The notes beneath the pieces were generated by a model. It was not told the DNA's origin and ran no database searches. It saw nothing but the letters and a program-made list of their open reading frames with translations. Positions 33,246 through 44,623 of a stretch of 64,000 bases of DNA are shown here, one piece after another; position 1 is the stretch's first letter, and every line of letters starts with the position of its first letter. A program made the position numbers and the translations under genes. The stretch comes from an uncultured Dechloromonas sp. (GTDB lineage Bacteria; Pseudomonadota; Gammaproteobacteria; Burkholderiales; Rhodocyclaceae), in NCBI GenBank assembly GCA_964604465.1, contig CAZRYZ010000001.1, positions 553 to 64,552 on the forward strand, read 5' to 3'.

Positions 33246-34541
33246 ATGAATGCCAACGCCCCTTCGGATATGGCCACCGGAGACTACGATATCGTCATCC
33301 TGGGGGCGGGCCCGGTCGGGTCGACGCTGGCACTCCTGCTCGCCGGCAGCTCGCACCGTGTGCTGCTGGTCGAGCAACGTAACTGGGCCGCTAGCCTGAA
33401 AGACCCTCGCGCCCTTGCGCTGTCTGAGGGCGCGCGCCAGCTCTTGCAACCCTTTGGCGCCTGGCCTGAATCCAAGGGTGCCGGTGATGGCCGGTGCACG
33501 CCCATTGAAACCATTCATATTTCGCAATCGGGCGGCTTTGGCCGGACCTTGATTGATCGACGTGATTACCAGATTCCAGCCTTAGGCTATGTGGTGCGCT
33601 ACGGGGCTCTCATGGAGAAGCTCCGCGACGCCCTTGGCAAAGCAATGCACCGTGCAGGCAACCGTCTGGCCTGTCTTGAAAACACCACGGCCCGGGTCAT
33701 CGAGTCGCCGACCACACCATCGCCCTCCACTGGCTCAGCGAACAACCAAGCCGTCGAATCTGCCCCAACCGCCAGTGCCCCGGACTTCTGGCGGGCAGTC
33801 GACCTGGAAACGCCAGAGGGCACGCAGCGCATTCGCACAAGACTGATCGTGCACGCAGACGGTACGCCCCCCGATGATAGCCCCGGGGTCATTGCCCGTG
33901 GCTATGACCAACGCGCCATTCTGTTTGAAGCGGGGCTTACGCAAAGCCACCAGCAACGTGCTTGGGAGCGCTTCACACCCCAAGGCCCCTTGGCACTGCT
34001 CCCGGTCGATGGTGCGGGCGGCAAACGGGTCTCGGTGGTGTATACCGTTCCCGAGCAGGCGGCCAGTCACTTACTTGAATTACCGGACAATGAGATTCTC
34101 GGTCAGATTCAACAGGCCATCGGCCCGCAGGCGGTGTTTACCGATATCGGCAGTAGGGCCAGCTTCCCGCTCAAACTGCGTCTTCGCCAGCCCATGGTGG
34201 CGCACCGTGAAATCTGGATTGGCAATGCCGCGCAAACCCTGCACCCCGTATCTGGCCAGGGTTTCAACCTCGGGCTCCGGGACGCTGCCATGCTCGGACA
34301 GGCATTGCGTCAGGGTATCGACCCGGGTAGCGCCCCGCTTCTGGCACGCTATGTCCGATCCCGGCAAACGGATCGCTGGGGCGCCGCCGGTTTTACCGAT
34401 GGCATTGTCCGCACCTTTTCGACCCCGTTCCCGATGCTCAATGCCGCCCGCGGGATCGCATTGAGCGCCCTGGATCTCATCGGCCCCCTCCGTCATTTTG
34501 TGGCCCGTCGCATGATCTGGGGTGCCCGCGCCTGGCCCTGA
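33246..34541 (+). CDS. ubiH: Ubiquinone-biosynthesis FAD hydroxylase (UbiH type)
   Basis: GAGPVG, ERFT..GPLALLP, GNAAQTLHPVSGQGFNLGLRD; follows pepP. Start ATG 33246. Confidence 0.82.
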   Translation: MNANAPSDMATGDYDIVILGAGPVGSTLALLLAGSSHRVLLVEQRNWAASLKDPRALALSEGARQLLQPFGAWPESKGAGDGRCTPIETIHISQSGGFGRTLIDRRDYQIPALGYVVRYGALMEKLRDALGKAMHRAGNRLACLENTTARVIESPTTPSPSTGSANNQAVESAPTASAPDFWRAVDLETPEGTQRIRTRLIVHADGTPPDDSPGVIARGYDQRAILFEAGLTQSHQQRAWERFTPQGPLALLPVDGAGGKRVSVVYTVPEQAASHLLELPDNEILGQIQQAIGPQAVFTDIGSRASFPLKLRLRQPMVAHREIWIGNAAQTLHPVSGQGFNLGLRDAAMLGQALRQGIDPGSAPLLARYVRSRQTDRWGAAGFTDGIVRTFSTPFPMLNAARGIALSALDLIGPLRHFVARRMIWGARAWP

Positions 34542-34681
34542 TCGCCCGTCATTCCAGCATCATCCTGCCCCGTAACACCGTGCAGGGTGCGCCGCAGTAA
34601 TTCCTGACTAAAAATTAGGCAAGAGAGCGATTTCCTTTTATAATTTAGGGCTTTCCCGCTGTCACCTTTTTCGTCACCGTC

Positions 34682-35710
34682 ATGGAATTCGTCGGCTTCA
34701 ACCTCCGGAACAATCTGTTCGTTGCACCCATGGCGGGTGTGACAGACCGCCCGTTTCGCCAGCTTTGCAAAAAGCTCGGCGCGGGTCTGGCTGTTTCGGA
34801 AATGGTGACGTCCAATTCCCTCCTTTACGGCAGCGCGAAGACGCAGCGACGTGCCAACCATGACGGCGAAGTGGCGCCCATTTCAGTTCAGATCGCTGGC
34901 GCCGATCCGGTCATGATGGCCGAGGCCGCCAAGCACAATGCGGATCGTGGCGCCCAGATCATTGATATCAATATGGGCTGCCCGGCCAAAAAGGTCTGTA
35001 ATGTGATGGCCGGCTCAGCGCTGCTGCAGCACGAGTCTCTGGTCGGCAAGATTCTCACCGCAGTCGTCAATGCGGTACCGGACACGCCGGTCACTTTGAA
35101 GATCCGCACCGGCTGGAATGTCGACAACAAAAATGCGCCAAGCATCCTGCGCATCGCCGAAGAGAGCGGTATCCGTGCCCTGGCGATTCATGGCCGGACG
35201 CGCTGCCAGCAATATCGCGGTGACGCCGAATTCGACACCATTGCTGCTGTCAAGGCCGCTGCCCGGATCCCCGTGATTGCCAACGGCGATATCCGGTCCC
35301 CCGAAAAAGCCAAAGCCGTTCTGGAACAAACCGGCGCGGATGGCGTCATGATCGGGCGTGCAGCCCAGGGGCGCCCTTGGATTTTTCGTGAAATCGAACA
35401 CTATCTGGTCACCGGTGAAAAATTGCCGCCCCCGGCCGTTGCCGAGATTCAGACCATCCTCCTCGAGCACCTAGAGGATCTTTACGGGTTTTACGGCACT
35501 GAAACCGGTGTCCGCATCGCACGCAAACACATCTCCTGGTACACCAAGGGTCTGGCGGGCTCGGCCGCCTTTCGTCACCAGATGAACCGGCTCGATAGCG
35601 TGGCGGAACAACGCCATGTTGTCGATCACTTCTTCCGTCAGCTCGGCCAGCGTCATGAGCATCTCGTCTATGACGCAAGCGAATCCAGCGATGAGGTCCT
35701 GGCGGCATGA
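34682..35710 (+). CDS. dusB: tRNA-dihydrouridine synthase B
   Basis: APMAGVTD, DINMGCPAKKV, HGRTR, NGDI; upstream of fis. Confidence 0.96.
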   Translation: MEFVGFNLRNNLFVAPMAGVTDRPFRQLCKKLGAGLAVSEMVTSNSLLYGSAKTQRRANHDGEVAPISVQIAGADPVMMAEAAKHNADRGAQIIDINMGCPAKKVCNVMAGSALLQHESLVGKILTAVVNAVPDTPVTLKIRTGWNVDNKNAPSILRIAEESGIRALAIHGRTRCQQYRGDAEFDTIAAVKAAARIPVIANGDIRSPEKAKAVLEQTGADGVMIGRAAQGRPWIFREIEHYLVTGEKLPPPAVAEIQTILLEHLEDLYGFYGTETGVRIARKHISWYTKGLAGSAAFRHQMNRLDSVAEQRHVVDHFFRQLGQRHEHLVYDASESSDEVLAA

Positions 35711-35955
35711 GCACCCCCCAACAAAACCCCTCGGCACTGGCACAGTCCGTCACCCACGCGCTAGAACAGTACTTTGCCGAGCTTCATGGTGAAGCGGCCC
35801 ACGGCGTCTATGACATGGTGCTCAGCTGTGTGGAGCGCCCCATGCTCGAAGTGGTGATGCGCCAGGCCGGCAACAACCAGACAGTGGCTGCCCAGATCCT
35901 GGGCATCAATCGCAACACCTTACGTAAGAAACTTTCCGACCACGGTTTGCTCTAA
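35707..35955 (+). CDS. fis: Fis DNA-binding protein
   Basis: NQT.AAQILGINRNTLRKKL helix-turn-helix; dusB-fis-purH synteny. Confidence 0.92.
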   Translation: MSTPQQNPSALAQSVTHALEQYFAELHGEAAHGVYDMVLSCVERPMLEVVMRQAGNNQTVAAQILGINRNTLRKKLSDHGLL

Positions 35956-36010
35956 CCCGCTTTAGCCTAACAATACCTTTGACTTTAATTACGACCTTTC
36001 TATCCCGATC

Positions 36011-37615
36011 ATGAAAATCCGTCAGGCACTCCTCTCCGTTTCCGATAAAACCGGCGTTCTCGAATTTGCCCAGGCACTGACTGCCCAAGGGGTCGCCCTG
36101 TTGTCGACCGGTGGCACGGCAAAGCTACTGCGCGACGCCGGCCTGACGGTGACCGAGATCGGTGACTACACAGGTTTTCCGGAAATGCTCGATGGCCGCG
36201 TCAAAACGCTACATCCCAAAGTCCACGGGGGGATTCTGGCGCGCCGCGATCTGCCAGCGCATATGGCCACCATCGAGCAACACGGGATTCCGACCATTGA
36301 TCTGGTCTGTGTCAATCTCTATCCCTTTCGCGAAACGGTGGCCAAGGCTGGCGTAACGCTGGAGGATGCCATCGAAAATATTGATATCGGTGGACCGGCC
36401 ATGGTGCGTTCGTCGGCCAAGAACTACAACGGCGTTGCCATCGTCACCGATCCGGCCGATTACGCACCGCTGATCGAAGAGATGAAAGCCCATGGCGCTT
36501 CGCTCTCGCTGGCAACCCGCTTCGGGCTGGCCAAGAAAGCCTTCACGCACACGGCCCGCTATGACTCGGCGATTGCCAACTGGTTGACTGGCCTTGAAGC
36601 TGGCGTCGAAGACAAGCCGGCGGAGGCTGCGCCGACCCCGTCGATCTTCCCGAGCGCATTGCAACTGGCGTTTGATCGCTCTGAGACCCTACGTTACGGC
36701 GAGAACCCTCTGCAGCAGGCGGCTTTTTACCGTGACAGCACACCCACCGCCGGTGCCATCGCCAACTACACCCAGCATGGTGGCAAGGAATTGTCGTACA
36801 ACAACATCGCCGATGCCGATGCTGCCTGGGAATGCGTGAAGACCTTCCGTGAACCCGCCTGCGTCATCGTCAAGCACGCCAACCCCTGCGGTGTGGCCGT
36901 TGACGACAACTTGCTGGCCGCCTACGAGAAAGCCTTCCAGACCGACCCGACCTCCGCTTTTGGTGGCATCATCGCATTCAATGGCCGTGTCGACGTAGAT
37001 GTCATCGAAGCGATGAACGAGCGCAAGCATTTCGTCGAAGTTCTGATCGCGCCCGAATTTACCCCGGCCGCCATGGCATTGTTAAACGCCAAGGCCAATC
37101 TGCGCGTACTGACCGTTCCCCTCCCAATCGGCGATAAGCCGGTCTATCACGCACTCGAACTCAAGCGTGTCGGCGGCGGCCTGCTGGTTCAAACGCCCGA
37201 CGCCTTCAATGTGCAAGCCAGTGACCTGAAGGTGGTCACCAAGGTTCAGCCCACTCCGGGCCAGATTGCGGATCTCCTCTTTGCTTATCGCGTTGCAAAA
37301 TTCGTCAAATCAAATGCTATAGTCTTCTGTGGAAACGGTATGACGCTTGGTGTGGGTGCCGGCCAGATGTCGCGTGTGGACTCGACCCGCATTGCCGCCA
37401 TCAAGGCTGCCAACGCCAAGCTCTCCCTGGCGGGAAGCGTTGTTGCCTCGGACGCTTTCTTCCCGTTCCGTGATGGTGTTGATGTGCTGGCCGAAGCCGG
37501 CGCCAAGGCCGTCATCCAGCCGGGCGGCTCAATGCGTGACGAAGAAGTCATCGCAGCTGCCGATGAGCATGGCCTGGCCATGGTCGTTACGGGCGCCCGT
37601 CATTTCCGTCACTAA
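36011..37615 (+). CDS. purH: AICAR transformylase / IMP cyclohydrolase
   Basis: [27 protein letters not shown], ends RHFRH. Confidence 0.98.
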   Translation: MKIRQALLSVSDKTGVLEFAQALTAQGVALLSTGGTAKLLRDAGLTVTEIGDYTGFPEMLDGRVKTLHPKVHGGILARRDLPAHMATIEQHGIPTIDLVCVNLYPFRETVAKAGVTLEDAIENIDIGGPAMVRSSAKNYNGVAIVTDPADYAPLIEEMKAHGASLSLATRFGLAKKAFTHTARYDSAIANWLTGLEAGVEDKPAEAAPTPSIFPSALQLAFDRSETLRYGENPLQQAAFYRDSTPTAGAIANYTQHGGKELSYNNIADADAAWECVKTFREPACVIVKHANPCGVAVDDNLLAAYEKAFQTDPTSAFGGIIAFNGRVDVDVIEAMNERKHFVEVLIAPEFTPAAMALLNAKANLRVLTVPLPIGDKPVYHALELKRVGGGLLVQTPDAFNVQASDLKVVTKVQPTPGQIADLLFAYRVAKFVKSNAIVFCGNGMTLGVGAGQMSRVDSTRIAAIKAANAKLSLAGSVVASDAFFPFRDGVDVLAEAGAKAVIQPGGSMRDEEVIAAADEHGLAMVVTGARHFRH

Positions 37616-37657
37616 TCTGTTCTTCTCATTTCCATTCATCATTCAGTAGCCATCGCC

Positions 37658-38335
37658 ATGAATCATTGCTCACGAATCCTGACGGCCTTCCTGGCGGCGC
37701 TTGCGCTGACTGTGAACATTCCGGCATTTGCCCAAGCGGCTTCCGACGCAAGCACTGCTTCGAGCAGTGCAGACAGCGCCCCGTCGCCTCAGAACGTGGT
37801 CGTTGCCGGCACCCCAGACGCCACCGAAAAGGCAGCCAGCAGCAAGAGCTGGTACGGCTCGGCATGGGATACCGCCAAGCAGCATCTTTCGGACATCTGG
37901 GAAAAGGGTGACGTCGAACTTTACGTCCCTTTCTGGAGCTATCACCTGCCCTTTGCCTATTCCGCGGAAAAGCGCTCCCAGTACACCGAATATCCGGCGG
38001 GTGGTGGTCTCGGCAAGGGCTGGTATAACAATAGCGGCAACTGGGAAGGCATCTACGCTATGGAATTCCAAGACTCCCATGGCAAACCCATGTACATGGG
38101 TGGTTATGGCTGGGTGCCGACCTGGAACCCCATCAATGAAAAATCCAGGGTTGGTGTTGGCGCCACGGTTTTCATGTTCATGCGTTCCGACATCAATTAC
38201 TATGCACCGACCCCCGGGATTCTGCCCATGGCGACCATGGGCTACGGGCCGATTGATGTGCAAGTCGCCTATATCCCCGGAGGCGAAGGCTATGGCAACG
38301 TCCTCTTCTGGTGGGCCAAGTACTCATTCAAGTAA
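37658..38335 (+). CDS. pagP: Lipid A palmitoyltransferase PagP
   Basis: Signal peptide; ELYVP...YH...Y...E.P.GGG.G; YAM.F.DS...GYGW; YIPG...GNV.F.W. Catalytic His/Asp/Ser retained. Confidence 0.85.
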   Translation: MNHCSRILTAFLAALALTVNIPAFAQAASDASTASSSADSAPSPQNVVVAGTPDATEKAASSKSWYGSAWDTAKQHLSDIWEKGDVELYVPFWSYHLPFAYSAEKRSQYTEYPAGGGLGKGWYNNSGNWEGIYAMEFQDSHGKPMYMGGYGWVPTWNPINEKSRVGVGATVFMFMRSDINYYAPTPGILPMATMGYGPIDVQVAYIPGGEGYGNVLFWWAKYSFK

Positions 38336-38401
38336 TTCAGGTCAGTCTAGGGCCTCACCCATTGACGGTTTAGCGCCTTACTTAATTCGCAGGAACGTTG
38401 T

Positions 38402-39685
38402 ATGAAGATTCTCGTTGTTGGCTCAGGTGGCCGTGAACATGCTCTGGCCTGGAAACTGGCTCAAGGCGCTGGCGTCACTAAAGTCTATGTCGCCCCCGGT
38501 AATGCCGGAACCGCCCGCGAAGCGAAGCTCGAGAATCTGCCCATCACAGACCTCCAGGCCCTGGCCGACTTTGCTGAGCAGCATGACATTCACCTGACGG
38601 TCGTCGGACCGGAAGCCCCGCTCGCAGCAGGGATTGTTGATCTTTTTCGCAGTCGCGGCCTGAAAATCTTTGGTCCGACCCAGGCAGCAGCCCAGCTGGA
38701 AAGCTCCAAGGATTTTGCCAAGCGCTTCATGGCCCGTCACCAGATTCCGACGGCTGCCTTTGAGACTTTTACCGATCCATTATTAGCGCATGACTATATC
38801 AACCAGCGCGGTGCACCCATCGTCATCAAGGCAGATGGTCTGGCCGCCGGTAAGGGCGTGGTCGTTGCCATGACCTTGGATGAAGCCCATGCGGCTATCG
38901 ACGACATGCTCTCAGGCAATAAGCTCGGCAGCGCCGGTGCCCGCGTCGTGATCGAAGATTTCCTCGACGGCGAAGAAGCCAGCTTCATCGTGCTGGTCGA
39001 TGGTAAAAACGTTCTGCCCATGGCGACCAGCCAGGATCACAAGCGCATTGGTGATGGCGACACCGGCCCGAATACGGGTGGCATGGGTGCCTATTCACCT
39101 GCCCCCGTGGTCACGCCCGAAGTGCATGCCAAAGCCATGCGTGAAATTATTCTGCCGACCGTGCGAGGCATGGAGGCGGATGGCATCCCATTTACTGGGT
39201 TCCTGTATGCCGGCCTGATGATTGGCAAAGATGGATCGGTCAAGACGCTTGAATTTAACGCCCGCATGGGAGATCCCGAAACCCAGCCGATCATGATGCG
39301 ACTCAAATCAGATGCCGTAAAAATGTTCGAGCATGCGATTGCCGGCACGCTGGATCAGGCCGAAACCGATATCGAATGGGATCGTCGCGTGGCTCTGGGT
39401 ATTGTGCTCGCGGCAGCCAATTACCCTGAAACCCCGAAGAAGGGGGATGCCATCAGGGGGCTTCCCGACGGCAATGCGGCAGGTGACGATGCGCACGTAT
39501 TCCATGCCGGTACCAGCGATGAGAACGGCCAGGTTGTTACTAGTGGCGGCCGCGTCCTCTGTGTGACGGCTCTGGGTGAGAATGTGGCCCAGGCTCAGAA
39601 GCGGGCTTACGAGGCTGCCGCCGATATCCACTTTGACGGCATGCAGTTCCGCAAGGATATCGGCTACCGCGCCATCAATCGCTGA
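38402..39685 (+). CDS. purD: Phosphoribosylamine--glycine ligase
   Basis: [37 protein letters not shown]. Confidence 0.98.
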   Translation: MKILVVGSGGREHALAWKLAQGAGVTKVYVAPGNAGTAREAKLENLPITDLQALADFAEQHDIHLTVVGPEAPLAAGIVDLFRSRGLKIFGPTQAAAQLESSKDFAKRFMARHQIPTAAFETFTDPLLAHDYINQRGAPIVIKADGLAAGKGVVVAMTLDEAHAAIDDMLSGNKLGSAGARVVIEDFLDGEEASFIVLVDGKNVLPMATSQDHKRIGDGDTGPNTGGMGAYSPAPVVTPEVHAKAMREIILPTVRGMEADGIPFTGFLYAGLMIGKDGSVKTLEFNARMGDPETQPIMMRLKSDAVKMFEHAIAGTLDQAETDIEWDRRVALGIVLAAANYPETPKKGDAIRGLPDGNAAGDDAHVFHAGTSDENGQVVTSGGRVLCVTALGENVAQAQKRAYEAAADIHFDGMQFRKDIGYRAINR

Positions 39686-39707
39686 GCCCCAGTCGCCTTC
39701 TATCCCC

Positions 39708-40640
39708 ATGACTGAACATTCCGGCGCAGAGCGCTCTCGGACAGTTGAAGTTTACTTGCGCGGCCTACAGCAGCGGATCGTGGATGCGCTCTCGGCCCTC
39801 GATGGTCAGCCTTTCCGTAAAGACAGCTGGACACGTCCGGCTGGAGGCGGCGGTGTCTCCTGCCTGATCGAAGAAGGCAATCTAATCGAACGGGGCGGTG
39901 TCAATTTCTCGCACGTGATGGGTGAACAGTTACCACCCTCTGCGTCAGCGCACCGCGCTGAACTGGCCGGTCGGCCCTATGAAGCGATGGGCGTATCGCT
40001 GGTCATGCACCCGCGCAACCCTTACTGCCCGACGGCCCATATGAATGTACGCTACTTCGTCGCCCACCCCCCAAAAAATCAGCCCGATCTTGCGCCAGTT
40101 TTCTGGTTTGGGGGCGGCATGGATCTGACGCCTTATTACGGTTTTCGAGAGGACGCTGCTCATTTCCACCAGACCTGTCACGATGCATTGTCACGCCACG
40201 GCGCCGACTATTATCGGCGCTTCAAGGACTGGTGCGATCAATATTTCTTCCTCAAACACCGCAATGAGGCTCGTGGCGTAGGGGGTGTTTTCTTTGACGA
40301 TCTTAACGAACCGGGATTTGACGCAAGTTTTGCGCTGACCCGCTCGGTGGGTGACGCGTTCGTTAGCGCCTATGCGCCGATTCTCGAGCGCCGCCGGGAC
40401 ATCCCCTGGACTGAGCGTGAACGGGATTTCCAGGCTTATCGGCGTGGCCGTTATGTGGAATTCAATCTGGTCTACGACCGCGGCACCCTGTTTGGCCTGC
40501 AATCCGGCGGTCGTACCGAGTCGATCCTGATGTCGATGCCACCAATCGTAAAATGGCGCTACGACTGGAAGCCCGAAGCCGGATCACCCGAAGCGACGCT
40601 TTATACAGACTTCCTCCCCCATCGGGATTGGCTGGTTTAA
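39708..40640 (+). CDS. hemF: Oxygen-dependent coproporphyrinogen III oxidase
   Basis: [28 protein letters not shown]. Start ATG 39708. Confidence 0.96.
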   Translation: MTEHSGAERSRTVEVYLRGLQQRIVDALSALDGQPFRKDSWTRPAGGGGVSCLIEEGNLIERGGVNFSHVMGEQLPPSASAHRAELAGRPYEAMGVSLVMHPRNPYCPTAHMNVRYFVAHPPKNQPDLAPVFWFGGGMDLTPYYGFREDAAHFHQTCHDALSRHGADYYRRFKDWCDQYFFLKHRNEARGVGGVFFDDLNEPGFDASFALTRSVGDAFVSAYAPILERRRDIPWTERERDFQAYRRGRYVEFNLVYDRGTLFGLQSGGRTESILMSMPPIVKWRYDWKPEAGSPEATLYTDFLPHRDWLV

Positions 40641-40681
40641 CACCCGGTTAAGCTCATCCCATGAGCTTTGAGTTCGCTACG

Positions 40682-41572
40682 TTAGCCGTGTGCTTTATGC
40701 GTATCAATAAACGCACGCGCCTTGGCAGTCCACGCATCAGCCACCATGCGGCTAAGCATGGCATCGGCCGCATCCATAAGATCAGCATCACATTCTTTAC
40801 GCGGGATCTGCACCAGATACTCGCTAAAGCGTTGCTGATCGCTCCGGAAATGGCGCAGGTTGCCTAGATGCGCCTGTCGGGTACAGTTCGCCAGGAATCC
40901 TTGGGACAAACCATCTCGCGGGCGCAAGGAACGGACCAGCTTCAACACGCTTTCCCAGTGTTCTGTTCCCAGCAAAGCGCGCAATTCACAACGCAGACTC
41001 GCCGTACTTCTGGGTGATTGCAGCTCACGGCTGGCCAGTGCCAGAACCTGCAACGCCGGTTCGAACTGGCGACGCGCTACCAGCATTTCAGCCTCCTGCT
41101 CCAGGCGTGCCGCCTTGAGAGCCGCATCATCCATTTCGACACGACCCAACCATACGGCCGCACGATCCGAGTCATCCAGCCCCTGTGCGGCGCGCGCCGC
41201 CAGCAGGTCGGCATAACCCGGGGCAAAATCCAGCTTACGGGCACGTTCTGCCGCTTTGATAGCGGCCTCGAAGTGCCCTTCGAGCAGAAGACGCAAGGAT
41301 GACAGCAGGGCCTGTTCCCCACGTTTCTGACGGCGCAACCGCCGATACTGGGCAATACGGGCCGGCAAATGCAGGGTGCCCTGGAGCAACCGGAGCACCA
41401 GCGCCCCCAGGATGAGCGTCGCCAGAATCGCTAGAAGCAGAAAGTTCAGCGACATTTCGACTCGCCAGGTCGACAGGACAATCAAAGCATAACCATCATT
41501 GCGTGCCAGGAGATCAGCAACGACGACTGCCAATGCACCAAGCACCAGCCCCCAGAGTAACCACTTCCTCAT
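40682..41572 (-). CDS. hemY: HemY-like membrane/TPR protein (short)
   Basis: Two N-terminal TMs, GY.LI...W.VEMS, helical repeats; last gene of hemCDXY. Confidence 0.75.
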   Translation of the reverse strand: MRKWLLWGLVLGALAVVVADLLARNDGYALIVLSTWRVEMSLNFLLLAILATLILGALVLRLLQGTLHLPARIAQYRRLRRQKRGEQALLSSLRLLLEGHFEAAIKAAERARKLDFAPGYADLLAARAAQGLDDSDRAAVWLGRVEMDDAALKAARLEQEAEMLVARRQFEPALQVLALASRELQSPRSTASLRCELRALLGTEHWESVLKLVRSLRPRDGLSQGFLANCTRQAHLGNLRHFRSDQQRFSEYLVQIPRKECDADLMDAADAMLSRMVADAWTAKARAFIDTHKAHG

Positions 41573-42687
41573 TGGGCGGCTCCCGGCGGTGAGTTAGGTG
41601 ATTTAGGCGCCTCATCCGCGCTTGCGGGCTCTGTGACAGGCGCCGCAACAAGCGACACTGTTTCGGGAGCCAGCGCGGCGCGCATGTCCGCCAGGGCCTG
41701 ACGCGTTGCTTCCAGGCTGATCACATCAGGATCAATGCGCAGTTCTGAGAGGCTGTGCAATTCTTCCATATCGGTTTGCACCCGCGCATTGGCGGTGTCG
41801 GCATATTTCCGGATCCAGGCGTTCGCCTGTGCCAGGGTTTGCTGATAGATAGGCGCGTTACGCATGATCAGGGCATGCCGCGCATCGAGCAGCAGGAGTC
41901 GCAACCCCTGCTGTAGAAATACTTTTTGCTCCGGGGCAATCAGCCCGGCTTCGGCACGATCCAGACGTTGCACGCGGATCAGGCTCCTTATCGCCTGCCA
42001 GACCTCCTGAGCCAAATGATCCGCCCATTGGCGCCCACGTTCGAGGAGCGTCTCTGCGGGTTCCAAATCGACCCGTGTTGTCTGTTGTGCGACCGGTGCC
42101 GTAAGGCGGCTATCCTGAACGAGAGGCAATTGATCAATACCAGCGATCAGCGTATCCAGGCGCGCTACAGCCAAACGCAGATCAAAACGGTCCTGTGATT
42201 TCAAACTGGTCAGATCCTGTCCGACAACCTGGCGCAAATTCTGCGCCGCGGCGGTTGGATCCTTGGCCAGCATCTGTTGTGCGCTCTGCAGCGCCGCGAT
42301 CAGCATTTTGGGGTCACCTGTTGCGATCCACATCTGCCACCCTGCATCGACCTGCTGTTCGATACGATCCAAGCTTAAGAGCGCACGTTCCTGTTGCAAC
42401 GACTGCCGCATCTGGCGTATGTCCGACTTCAAACGGTCCTGGTCGGCCACGATCGCTTCCAGTGCAGTCAAGCGACCATCCGCCGAAGCAATCTGTCCGG
42501 CTTCGTTATCCAGGGTTTCCCAGAAGCGGACAGTGGCCAACTGCTGCACGCCCAACCCGATCACTAACAGCATCAGGACAACAATCACCCAACGGCCAAC
42601 CCCTCGTGCCTTGGTCACTGTTCGACGCGGCTTTGGCGGGGTGGACGAATCACTCTGTTGATCCGGCGTTGATGGGTGCTCGCTCAT
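41569..42687 (-). CDS. hemX: HemX-family membrane protein
   Basis: TM plus coiled coil, LIRVQR.D, L..PEQ..FL, LL.AR.AL. Confidence 0.82.
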   Translation of the reverse strand: MSEHPSTPDQQSDSSTPPKPRRTVTKARGVGRWVIVVLMLLVIGLGVQQLATVRFWETLDNEAGQIASADGRLTALEAIVADQDRLKSDIRQMRQSLQQERALLSLDRIEQQVDAGWQMWIATGDPKMLIAALQSAQQMLAKDPTAAAQNLRQVVGQDLTSLKSQDRFDLRLAVARLDTLIAGIDQLPLVQDSRLTAPVAQQTTRVDLEPAETLLERGRQWADHLAQEVWQAIRSLIRVQRLDRAEAGLIAPEQKVFLQQGLRLLLLDARHALIMRNAPIYQQTLAQANAWIRKYADTANARVQTDMEELHSLSELRIDPDVISLEATRQALADMRAALAPETVSLVAAPVTEPASADEAPKSPNSPPGAAQ

Positions 42688-42696
42688 GGCGTATCC

Positions 42697-43524
42697 CTAT
42701 GATGAATTGGATTGAGACATCCCATTATACGAGCGCAGCGTTTCGAGTAGCCCCTCGTCCCCACCATTGCTCACCATCACCTTGGCGAAGCCCAGCACAT
42801 GCGCCGCCTCCGCAATTTTCGGATGCGGAACCAGTAGGTGGATGCGGCGCAGAACATCGGCCTGCGCTGGGGCGGCCGCCGCCATAACGTTCTGAAGCGA
42901 CTCGCTGCTACTAATCACCATCAGTCGGGGTGACGAGGGAGCCGAGTCAAGCCAATCGGTCAACAGGGCTAATGCCTGCGGGTTCATGGTTCGCCGGTAT
43001 ACCGCCAACTCATCAACACGCGCGCCACGGGCTCGCAAAGTTTTTGCCAGAACATCACGGCCGCCTTCGCCGCGAATCAAGGCAAAGGCATGACCCTGAC
43101 AGGAGACTTCGTTAAAAAAGGGCTCAGAGAGCAAGCCCTCGGAATCGAATTGACACTCGGGCATCACCACCTCTGCCACACCGCAGGCGCGCAGAAGCGC
43201 GGCAGTTCCGGGTCCGACCGCTGCTCCTGCCACGGAAGCAGGCCAACCCCGGGGCGTCAACGCAGGTAGTGCACAAGTAACGGCATTGGCACTGATGAAG
43301 ATGCAGGCGCGATACGTAGGCAAACGGTCAGCCATCTGCGCCAACGCCCCCGAATCTGCAATAGGCTCGATCGCAAGAAAGGGAATATGGTCTGCGTCGC
43401 CCCCAAGAGCGCGAATACCGGAGAGGAGTTTATCCGCCTGACCATCCGGACGCGTCACCAGGACACGCAGGCCGCTTAGCGTTCTTCCTGCAGGGCTTAC
43501 TGAGGCGCTTCCGGTCGACGGCAT
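42697..43524 (-). CDS. hemD: Uroporphyrinogen-III synthase
   Basis: LVTRP, FISANAV, VGPGTA, SEGLL, RGEGGR. Confidence 0.93.
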   Translation of the reverse strand: MPSTGSASVSPAGRTLSGLRVLVTRPDGQADKLLSGIRALGGDADHIPFLAIEPIADSGALAQMADRLPTYRACIFISANAVTCALPALTPRGWPASVAGAAVGPGTAALLRACGVAEVVMPECQFDSEGLLSEPFFNEVSCQGHAFALIRGEGGRDVLAKTLRARGARVDELAVYRRTMNPQALALLTDWLDSAPSSPRLMVISSSESLQNVMAAAAPAQADVLRRIHLLVPHPKIAEAAHVLGFAKVMVSNGGDEGLLETLRSYNGMSQSNSS

Positions 43525-43532
43525 GCACTGAC

Positions 43533-44468
43533 TCAGTCCGATGAAGCGTTCACAGCATGAATCAATGCGTCCGCACCCTGAGTCAGGAGTTGCTCCGCGA
43601 GACCTTTACCCAGTGTCTCTGCCTCTGCCCAAGGCCCACGACATTCGCCAGCGACGATCTGGGCACCATCAACCGATGCCACCAGACCACGCAACCAGAA
43701 CTGCTGCCCCGGTTCACCCACAGCAAAACCGGCAATCGGCAGATGACAACTACCACCCAGACGGCGCGAGAAGGCCCGCTCGGCACGAACACAGGCCGAT
43801 GTTTCGGCATCCGATAGGCCATCCGCAATTTGCTGGTTTTCTGGCTGGTTGGCGCAGATCTCAATACCCAGCGCGCCTTGCCCTGGCGCTGGAAGCATAT
43901 CGGCCGGATCAATACGCATGCGGATCCGTTCGCCCAGACCCAAACGCACCAAACCGGCCGCCGCTAGAATAATGGCATCGTATTCACCCTCATCCAGCTT
44001 ACGCAGGCGAGTATCCAGATTGCCGCGCAACGGCTTGATCACCAGCTGCGGGTATCTGGCCCGAAGCTGGGCTTCACGGCGCAGACTCGACGTGCCAACG
44101 ATCGATCCTGCCGGCAAATCGGCCAATGTGGCAAAGCGCGGGCTGACAAACGCATCCCGCGGGTCCTCACGTTCACTGATCGCTGCCAGGACAAAGCCTT
44201 CGGGCATGTCCATCGGCACATCTTTCATCGAATGCACCGCCAAGTCGGCCCGGCCTTCTGCCATGGCAACCTCGAGCTCCTTGATGAACAACCCCTTACC
44301 ACCAATGGCCGCCAGGGGCCGATCCAGGATCTGGTCTCCCCGGGTCGTCATGCCTAGAATGGTCACAGCCCGTTCCGGGTTCTGCGCCTGCAAACGACCT
44401 TGCACATGCTCAGCCTGCCACATGGCCAGGCGGGACTCTCGGGAAGCGATGATAAGCGGTTTGGACAT
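43533..44468 (-). CDS. hemC: Porphobilinogen deaminase
   Basis: GGKGLF.KELE, VHSMKD, GTSSLRR, GGSC. Confidence 0.97.
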   Translation of the reverse strand: MSKPLIIASRESRLAMWQAEHVQGRLQAQNPERAVTILGMTTRGDQILDRPLAAIGGKGLFIKELEVAMAEGRADLAVHSMKDVPMDMPEGFVLAAISEREDPRDAFVSPRFATLADLPAGSIVGTSSLRREAQLRARYPQLVIKPLRGNLDTRLRKLDEGEYDAIILAAAGLVRLGLGERIRMRIDPADMLPAPGQGALGIEICANQPENQQIADGLSDAETSACVRAERAFSRRLGGSCHLPIAGFAVGEPGQQFWLRGLVASVDGAQIVAGECRGPWAEAETLGKGLAEQLLTQGADALIHAVNASSD

Positions 44469-44623
44469 ACGTAACTTACACCTGAAGGGAATAAAGGTCC
44501 TGTTTGCCCGAGGCTAGCGCCCATTAAAGCGTGCAGCCCAGGTCATGGCGTAATCCTAGCATGCGCCATCCCTTATAATGCCGGGATTACAGCCACTTCT
44601 GCCGCTTCAGGCCGAGCACTGCC

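Noticed and set aside
38362-38390. Internal purD promoter starting with TTGACG
   Set aside because: No acceptable -10 hexamer at 16-18 bp spacing.
37728-38405. 225-aa alternative-frame ORF overlapping pagP
   Set aside because: Low-information Arg/Pro/Ser-rich translation; the pagP frame has the signal peptide and family motifs.
40682-41572. Short HemY as a possible pseudogene
   Set aside because: Open frame with intact N-terminal domain and no visible downstream remnant; C-terminal TPR length varies in this family.
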